Below, piece by piece: positions 58,135 to 64,000 of a stretch of DNA of 64,000 nucleotides (its first letter is position 1; each line of letters opens with the position of its first letter). A program made the translations under genes and the position numbers. Source of the stretch: an uncultured Bacteroidota bacterium (GTDB lineage: Bacteria > Bacteroidota > Bacteroidia > Bacteroidales > WCHB1-69). Location of the stretch: the NCBI GenBank assembly GCA_902786595.1, contig CADADB010000004.1, forward strand, positions 105,162 to 169,161. Reading direction: 5' to 3'. Below the pieces are notes generated by a model that made no database searches, had not been told where the DNA came from, and saw nothing but the letters and a program-made list of their open reading frames with translations.

Positions 58135-59460
58135 ATGAGGAAAATACGGATAATCAGTTTTATAACATTGCTTATGGCGCACGCCTCCGCTCAGATTGAC
58201 CTCCACAGCCACGCCATCACGCAGGGCTACCTCGACTACATCAAGGCCAACGGTGCCGAGATGGACGAGGGGTTTCCCATCCCGGGCTGGGACGTGGAGA
58301 AGCACATCGCCTTCATGGACAAGGCCGGCATCCAGACTTCGGTGCTGACGATGCCCGCGCCGCAACCCTTCTTCGGCGACGCGGAGGCTTCGGCGGCGGT
58401 GTGCCGCAAATACAACGAAGAATGCGCCGCGCTGAAAGCTCGCTATCCGGGGCGTTTTATGTTCTGCGCCGCGCTGCCTCTGCCTGATGTGCCGCACGCC
58501 TTGGAGGAGGCACGCTACGCCTTGGAGGTGCTGGGTGCCGACGGCATCAAGTTGGCCACCAACAGCTACGGACAGTACCTCGGCGACCCCGCCTTGGACA
58601 CCCTTATGGCATACCTCGACGCACAAAAGGCCGTCGTCATCCTGCATCCGCACAAACCCTCGGCGGTGAACGCGCAGTTGATCGCCGACGTGCCGTTGGC
58701 AAGCTACGAATATCTGGCCGAGACCTCTCGTGCGGTGCTTAACATGGTGGCCCACAACGTGTTGGTGCGTTATCCAAACCTGAAGGTAGTGGTGCCACAC
58801 TGCGGTTCGTTCCTGCCCAACGCCCTGCCGCGCTTCCGTTCGCTGCTGCCCGTGATGGTGAAGCAGGGCATTATGCAGCCTGTGGATGTCGATGCCAACC
58901 TGTCGCGGCTCTACTACGACCTGGCCGGCGCGCCCACCGATGACATCCTCGACGCGCTCCTCACCATCACTACGCCCGACCATATCCTCTACGGTAGCGA
59001 CTACCCCTATGTGGCCGAGCCGGTGCTCATCAGCGGCAAGCAGGCCCTGGAGGGGCGTCTCGCCTCGCACGGACTGAACTCGCAGGACATCTTCACCGAC
59101 AACGCCCGCAGGCTGTTCGGCGAGAACGTGCCCCTGCGGCAATACGGCGAGCGCATCGTCCGCCTCGCCGAAATTGAGGTGGTGCCGGAGTATCTGGAAG
59201 AGTATCTGGCTTACGCCAAGGAAGTTGGGGTGACCTCAGTGAAGGTGGAGCCCGGCGTGCTGACATTATTTTCGATGCAGACCAAAGAAGACCCCTGCAA
59301 AATCTACATCCTCGAAATCTACGCCGACAAAGAGGCCTACCAGAGCCATCTCCAGACCGCCCATTTCAAGAAGTACAAAGAGGGCACCGCCCAAATGGTG
59401 AAGTCGCTGAAGCTGATCGACACCAAGCCGATGGTGGGGATGGAGATGCTGGGACATTGA
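58135..59460 (+). CDS. Amidohydrolase_2 fused to an antibiotic-biosynthesis-monooxygenase (ABM) domain
   Basis: IDLHSH, LHPH, PHCG, YGSDYP; C-terminal IVRLAEIEV...EPGV...LEIYAD..AY.SH..T.HF. Confidence 0.87.
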   Translation: MRKIRIISFITLLMAHASAQIDLHSHAITQGYLDYIKANGAEMDEGFPIPGWDVEKHIAFMDKAGIQTSVLTMPAPQPFFGDAEASAAVCRKYNEECAALKARYPGRFMFCAALPLPDVPHALEEARYALEVLGADGIKLATNSYGQYLGDPALDTLMAYLDAQKAVVILHPHKPSAVNAQLIADVPLASYEYLAETSRAVLNMVAHNVLVRYPNLKVVVPHCGSFLPNALPRFRSLLPVMVKQGIMQPVDVDANLSRLYYDLAGAPTDDILDALLTITTPDHILYGSDYPYVAEPVLISGKQALEGRLASHGLNSQDIFTDNARRLFGENVPLRQYGERIVRLAEIEVVPEYLEEYLAYAKEVGVTSVKVEPGVLTLFSMQTKEDPCKIYILEIYADKEAYQSHLQTAHFKKYKEGTAQMVKSLKLIDTKPMVGMEMLGH

Positions 59461-59484
59461 AAAAACAAACAAATCAAGAGCAAT

Positions 59485-60618
59485 ATGAAACACCCCCTTC
59501 TGATTTTCGCCGCCGCCATCGTGTTAATGGTTGGCTGCAACAAGACAACAAAAACAGACAAAGATATGAACACTTTGACATTCAACGAGAAACAGGCGGC
59601 GGCGATGTCGGCCATCGCCTGCTACGAGGCGCAGGGCGACCAAACGTCGTTAGCCACCGCCATCAACGAGGGTTTCGACGCGGGGCTTACCGCCAACCAG
59701 ATCAAGGAGGCCCTCTCGCAACTCTACGCCTACACGGGATTTCCACGTTCACTCAACGCATTAGGCACCCTGCAGAAAGTGATGAAGCAACGCGGTGAGG
59801 TGGAGATCGGCACCGAATCCACTCCCCTACCCTCCAACTACGATGCCCTGAAACAAGGCACCGAAGTGCAAACCAAACTGTCGGGACAGCCCTTCGACTA
59901 CAAGTTCTGTCCCGCCGAGGACTACTACCTCAAGGCGCACCTCTTCGGCGACATCTTCGCCCGCGACCTGCTCACCCACGCCGACCGCGAGTTATTGACT
60001 GTCAGCGCCTTGGCTGGTCTGGAGGGCGTGGAACCCCAGCTGGCCGCCCACGTGCGCGGTGCACGGAACATGGGTCTGACCGACGCCCAGCTGCTCGCCA
60101 TCCCGAAGGTGTTGCAGGAGCGTGTGGGCAAAATGGAGGCGCACCGTGTCGCCGTGGCCATTCAGCAGTTGGGCATCAGCGATTCAGTTAACGACCACCT
60201 CGCCAGCAATATATACGTCCAGGACTACGTTGATTTGAAGTCGAATTGGCGGCGGGGCGAGCCGAACACCGCCTACGCGCAGTACTTCATCGGCAACAGC
60301 TACCTTGCGCCCTACGGCGGTGGCATGGTCAACGTGTCCTTCGAGCCGGGCTGCCGCAACAACTGGCACATCCACCACAAGCAGGTGCAGGTGCTGGTGT
60401 GTGTCTATGGCCGTGGCTGGTACCAGGAATGGGGCAAACCCGCTGTCAAGTTGGAGCCCGGCGTGATCATCGAGATCCCCGAAGGCGTGAAGCACTGGCA
60501 CGGCGCCGCCAAAGACAGCTGGATGCAGCACCTCACCTACCACAAGGACGTGCAGGAAGGGGCCAGCAACGAATGGCTGGAACCTGTCACCGATGATCAA
60601 TACAGCGCTTTGAAATAA
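59485..60618 (+). CDS. Carboxymuconolactone decarboxylase-like domains fused to a cupin, with lipoprotein signal
   Basis: QLYAYTGFPRSLNAL, HLFGDIF, FEPGCRNNWHIH, HWHGA. Confidence 0.88.
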   Translation: MKHPLLIFAAAIVLMVGCNKTTKTDKDMNTLTFNEKQAAAMSAIACYEAQGDQTSLATAINEGFDAGLTANQIKEALSQLYAYTGFPRSLNALGTLQKVMKQRGEVEIGTESTPLPSNYDALKQGTEVQTKLSGQPFDYKFCPAEDYYLKAHLFGDIFARDLLTHADRELLTVSALAGLEGVEPQLAAHVRGARNMGLTDAQLLAIPKVLQERVGKMEAHRVAVAIQQLGISDSVNDHLASNIYVQDYVDLKSNWRRGEPNTAYAQYFIGNSYLAPYGGGMVNVSFEPGCRNNWHIHHKQVQVLVCVYGRGWYQEWGKPAVKLEPGVIIEIPEGVKHWHGAAKDSWMQHLTYHKDVQEGASNEWLEPVTDDQYSALK

Positions 60619-60660
60619 CCAACATTCACTCATCAACATTTACTCACCAACATTCACTTA
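60619..60660. repeat. 14-mer x3 tandem repeat filling an intra-operon gap
   Basis: CCAACATTCACTCA TCAACATTTACTCA CCAACATTCACTTA. Confidence 0.75.
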
Positions 60661-60665
60661 AAGAT

Positions 60666-61283
60666 ATGAAAGCACTTCTTATCAACGGCAGTCCCAACGC
60701 GAAGGGCTGCACCTTCACCGCCCTGAGCCTTGTGGCGGAAGAATTACAGAAAAACGGCGTGGAAACCGAGATCGTTCACGTGGGGCACAAGAATATCCAC
60801 GGCTGCATCAGCTGCGGGAAATGCTATGAAACAGGCAAATGCGTCTTTGACGACATCGTGAACGAAGTCGCCCCGAAATTCGAGCAAGCCGACGCGCTGA
60901 TCATCGGCTCGCCGGTCTATTACGCGGGCATCGCTGGCACGATGAAATCCTTCCTCGACCGACTCTTCTTCAGCACGCACTTCCGGAAATGCATGAAGGT
61001 GGGCGCAGCGGTCTGCTCGGCCCGACGCGCCGGCACCACCGCCACCTTCGACCAGCTGAACAAGTACTTCACCATCAGTGAGATGCCCGTCGCGAGCACC
61101 CGCTACTGGAACATGGTGCATGGTCACAGTGCCGAAGACGTGATGCAGGATGCGGAGGGCGTGCAGTGCATGCGCATCCTCGGCCGCAACATCGCCTTCC
61201 TCGTCAAGGCCATCGCTGCGGAGAAGGAGCGCAACGGTCTGCCCGAAGCGGAGGAAGCGGTATTCACGAATTTTATCCGATAA
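60666..61283 (+). CDS. Iron-sulfur flavoprotein / NADPH-dependent FMN reductase family
   Basis: INGSP, GCISCGKC...C, GSPVYY. Confidence 0.9.
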   Translation: MKALLINGSPNAKGCTFTALSLVAEELQKNGVETEIVHVGHKNIHGCISCGKCYETGKCVFDDIVNEVAPKFEQADALIIGSPVYYAGIAGTMKSFLDRLFFSTHFRKCMKVGAAVCSARRAGTTATFDQLNKYFTISEMPVASTRYWNMVHGHSAEDVMQDAEGVQCMRILGRNIAFLVKAIAAEKERNGLPEAEEAVFTNFIR

Positions 61284-61287
61284 CGCC

Positions 61288-61830
61288 ATGAACGACAAAC
61301 CCACAGGAAAAGACTATGTCGGCAGCGACGACCTTTATGCCGACGTGCAGCGCACCATGCGGCTCTGCGCCGAGATGAACAGCGGCTACCACACGGAGGC
61401 CGAGGTGCGCGACTGTCTGCGCGAGATCACCCGCAGCGAGGTGCCCGACACCGTGCGCGTTTTCACCCCGCTGAATATCAACTACGGTCCGGGCGTGCGC
61501 TTCGGCAACGACTGCTTCCTCAACTTCGGCTGCACGTTGTTAGCCATCGGCGGCATCACCATCGAGGATGACGTTTTCATCGGTCCGCATTGCGTGCTGG
61601 CCACCGAATACCATCCCGAAGGTCCTGCCAAGCGCCACACGTTGCTCACCAAGCCCATAGTCGTTAAACGCAACGCCTGGCTCGGCGCCGACGTGAAGGT
61701 GTTGGCAGGTGTCACCATCGGCGAGAACGCCATCGTGGCCGCCGGCAGCGTGGTTACCAAGGACGTGCCCGACAATATGGTGGTGGCAGGGAGTCCGGCC
61801 AAAGTGATAAGGGAGATAAAACAATATTAA
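61288..61830 (+). CDS. Sugar O-acetyltransferase (second paralog)
   Basis: GGITIEDDVFIGP, WLGA.V.VLAGVTIGENA, VTKDVP. Confidence 0.88.
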   Translation: MNDKPTGKDYVGSDDLYADVQRTMRLCAEMNSGYHTEAEVRDCLREITRSEVPDTVRVFTPLNINYGPGVRFGNDCFLNFGCTLLAIGGITIEDDVFIGPHCVLATEYHPEGPAKRHTLLTKPIVVKRNAWLGADVKVLAGVTIGENAIVAAGSVVTKDVPDNMVVAGSPAKVIREIKQY

Positions 61831-61832
61831 CA

Positions 61833-62942
61833 ATGAAAAAACTCATCCTCCTCGCCCTTGCGGCACTGACACTGGCTGCCTGCGGCAACAAGCAAGAAAC
61901 AAAAAACAACGAGAATATGAAACAGGAATTGACCCTCACGCAGGAGTGAGACAAGGTATTCCCCCTCAGCGACAAAGTAAACCACCGCAAGGTGACGTTT
62001 GAAACACAGTACGGCCTGACCTTGGCCGCCGACCTTTACACGCCCGTAGGGGCGAATAATGATTCGCCCACAGGTCTCCCTGCTTTAGCCGTGAGCGGAC
62101 CTTTCGGTGCCGTCAAGGAACAAAGCAGTGGCCTCTACGCTATGAAGATGGCGGAGCGCGGCTTCGTAGCACTGGCCTTCGACCCGTCCTATACCGGTGA
62201 AAGCAGCGGCGAGCCCCGTCGCACGGCCTCGCCCGACATCAACACCGAGGACTTCATGGCTGCCGTTGATTTCCTGTCGCAGTTAGAGAATGTGGATCCC
62301 GAGCGCATCGGCATCATCGGTATCTGCGGCTGGGGTGGCATCGCCCTGAATGCCGCCGCTGCCGACCCGCGCATCAAGGCTACCGTGGCCAGCACGATGT
62401 ACGACATGACCCGCATCAGCGGCAACGGCTATTACGACAGTGACAACAACGAGGAAGCCCGTCACGCTGCCCGCGAAGCAATGGGCAAACAGCGTCTCGC
62501 CGACCCGATGGCGATGGCCGGCGGCGTCATCGACCCGCTGCCTGATGAGGTTCCGCAGTTTGTGAAGGACTACCACGCCTATTACAAAACCCCGCGCGGC
62601 TACCACGTGCGCAGCGGCAACAGCAACGACGGTTGGCGCATCATCGGCACACAGGCATACGCCAACGCACGTTTTCTCTACTACATCAACGAAATCCGCT
62701 CCGCTGTCCTCGTGATGCACGGCGAGAAGGCCCACAGCCGCTACTTCGGAGAGGCCGCCTACCATTATATGGTGGATGGCAAGGCCGAGGGTTACAACTT
62801 CATCGGCAAACCGAATCCCAATCCTGACAACAAGCAGCTGCTCATCATCCCCGGCGCCACCCACTGCGACCTCTACGACGGCGGCGATGGCAACTACATC
62901 CCGTGGGACACGCTGGCGGAGTTTTTCGGGAAGAATATGTAG
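61833..62942 (+). pseudogene. Lipoprotein alpha/beta hydrolase interrupted by an in-frame TGA at 61947
   Basis: MKKLILLALAALTLAAC...LTLTQE*DKVFPLSDKVNHRKVTF continues in frame to GPFGAVKEQ, GICGWGG, HCDLYD. Confidence 0.8.
62046..62069. repeat. GTAG REP-like palindrome inside the hydrolase coding region
   Basis: GTAG-GGGCGAAT-AATG-ATTCGCCC, encoding VGANNDSP. Confidence 0.6.
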
Positions 62943-63014
62943 CTTCGCTGTTGGTTACTTCGTGTTGGTTACTTCGTGTTGGTTAGCTTCGCTGTTGATT
63001 ACTTCGTGTTAACA
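62941..63014. repeat. Mini-hairpin array C
   Basis: AGCTTCGCT GTTGGTT ACTTCGT GTTGGTT ACTTCGT GTTGGTT AGCTTCGCT GTTGATT ACTTCGT GTTAACA. Confidence 0.85.
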
Positions 63015-63054
63015 TTCGCGACCGCATTAACAAAACACCGTTCCGGACGCGAAC

Positions 63055-63240
63055 CAGCCCGTTAGGGCTGAAGGGCTCGGTAGGGATGGGGCGGCGTTTT
63101 GGTTTTTCCGCACGCCGTAGGTGTGCGGGGATTATGGAAAATGGTGTGGGATTCGATGTATGCCCGCAGACCTAACGGCCTGCGAAAACACGTACCGCAC
63201 ACGCCGATGCTACCGAGCCCGGCAGACCTGACGGCCTGCC
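63055..63240. mobile_element. Nested four-hairpin non-autonomous element (REPIN/MITE-like)
   Basis: GGGCTCGGTAG / CTACCGAGCCC inverted repeats; two CCGT(T)AGG-centred hairpins on the left mirrored by two CCTRACGG-centred hairpins on the right. Confidence 0.6.
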
Positions 63241-63392
63241 AACCTTCGCGACCGTCTCCTTTGTCTATGACACCCCCACCGCACAGGTCTATACAGGCGT
63301 GATGGACTCCCTCATCGGCCAGTCCACCAACCTCGACGACCAAGTGACCCCATAACCCAAAATCGCATTTTCGGTTGTTTGATCAGTTTTTG

Positions 63393-63423
63393 AAAGCCGT
63401 TGCACACCGTGACGGCTTTTTTT
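63393..63423 (+). terminator. Rho-independent terminator
   Basis: AAAGCCGTTGC-ACACC-GTGACGGCTTTTTTT. Confidence 0.7.
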
Positions 63424-63448
63424 GTAGTTTTGCCGCGTTATTCAAAAT

Positions 63449-63754
63449 ATGTCAAGAATGAAAAAGTATGCTCTTATATTGTTATCTTCATTATTGCTAA
63501 CTTCTTGCGGTTGCGCCAACCGATGGGTAAAAGTATTAGGCCATTACTATAGACCTGAACATTATGAACAATATAACAGCCAATACTATAGCTATGGTCG
63601 ATGGGTGGAGGAACAAAAGTTGCTTCGTGTCGAATGCAAATGTGGAACTAAAGACATAATTGTAACTGAAGAATTATATAATGAAGTGAACGATGGAGAT
63701 AGTATTTATTGGCATAAAGATGAACACAATGTCAGTGTTAAACAAACGCACTGA
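63449..63754 (+). CDS. Small hypothetical lipoprotein
   Basis: LLTSC lipobox; AT-rich; own TAGTTTTG promoter motif at 63425. Confidence 0.6.
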   Translation: MSRMKKYALILLSSLLLTSCGCANRWVKVLGHYYRPEHYEQYNSQYYSYGRWVEEQKLLRVECKCGTKDIIVTEELYNEVNDGDSIYWHKDEHNVSVKQTH

Positions 63755-63886
63755 TAGATATAATTTAGCATATCCTTATTTGATTTGAACCATGGGTGAT
63801 TTTTTTTGGCGACCGGACACGCTTTCCGCTCAAATTTCGTCCTTGCGTCCTCATAACTGCAATCGTGTCATGGTATTAAGGTAAAC

Positions 63887-63919
63887 AAAAACGCGGTCAA
63901 ACAGCACGGCCGCGTTTTT
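63887..63919. terminator. Probable terminator
   Basis: AAAAACGCGGTC...GGCCGCGTTTTT. Confidence 0.55.
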
Positions 63920-64000
63920 CTTTGTCCTATATTTTCCGTTTATAAACGTCTATCTTTGCCCCAAAAGACGAAGACATGGACGAAATACTACGATGGCTCA

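Noticed and set aside
61947-61949. Selenocysteine or an alternative genetic code at the in-frame TGA
   Set aside because: The position appears to be Trp, not Cys; TGA is a normal stop in several genes here and TGG is used for Trp throughout.
53446-63014. Mini-hairpin arrays as CRISPR arrays
   Set aside because: The repeat is only 7 nt, the spacers are 7-11-nt recurring palindromes rather than unique 25-45-nt sequences, and no cas genes are present.
63062-63343. Short ORFs 63062-63343 (-) and 63099-63302 (+)
   Set aside because: They run through the palindromic element and have no protein-like features.
63976-64000. Gene start at the window edge (MDEILRWL)
   Set aside because: It has a plausible promoter motif and ATG, but only 8 codons are visible, too few to annotate.

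Overview
This 64 kb window looks like Bacteroidales chromosome: it has TAnnTTTG -7 promoter motifs, a T9SS cargo protein and TonB-related proteins. Housekeeping and amino-acid-fermentation genes include a 2-oxoacid:ferredoxin oxidoreductase operon, threonine dehydrogenase, kamA, L-serine dehydratase, gltX, rpsT, a Na+-pumping methylmalonyl-CoA decarboxylase operon, ung, purH, an MBOAT/SGNH O-acetylation cluster and two tRNAs. Two accessory regions interrupt them. The first (about 4.7-15.5 kb) holds a GldM-TonB fusion, HTH-AbiEii and HigBA toxin-antitoxin pairs, a GxxExxY nuclease, and a BlaI/M56 module with a probably co-regulated outer-membrane receptor. The second (about 47.7-63.8 kb) is an AraC-linked redox/detox cluster split by ferritin, an AbiE pair, a ClbS-like gene and an OmpA gene, and includes two probable pseudogenes. 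The most unusual signal is non-coding, in four layers: (1) three arrays of a near-constant 7-nt unit alternating with 7/9/11-nt palindromes that all give C-GNA-G triloops on the minus strand, each overlapping a stop codon; (2) a 28-nt GTAG REP family with a co-varying core, plus REP-like copies inside two genes; (3) many 6-8-nt tandem arrays at gene junctions, some in inverted pairs; (4) a nested four-hairpin REPIN/MITE-like element. No transposase, integrase, reverse transcriptase or Cas gene is visible. All family assignments come from motif recognition by eye, not database searches.
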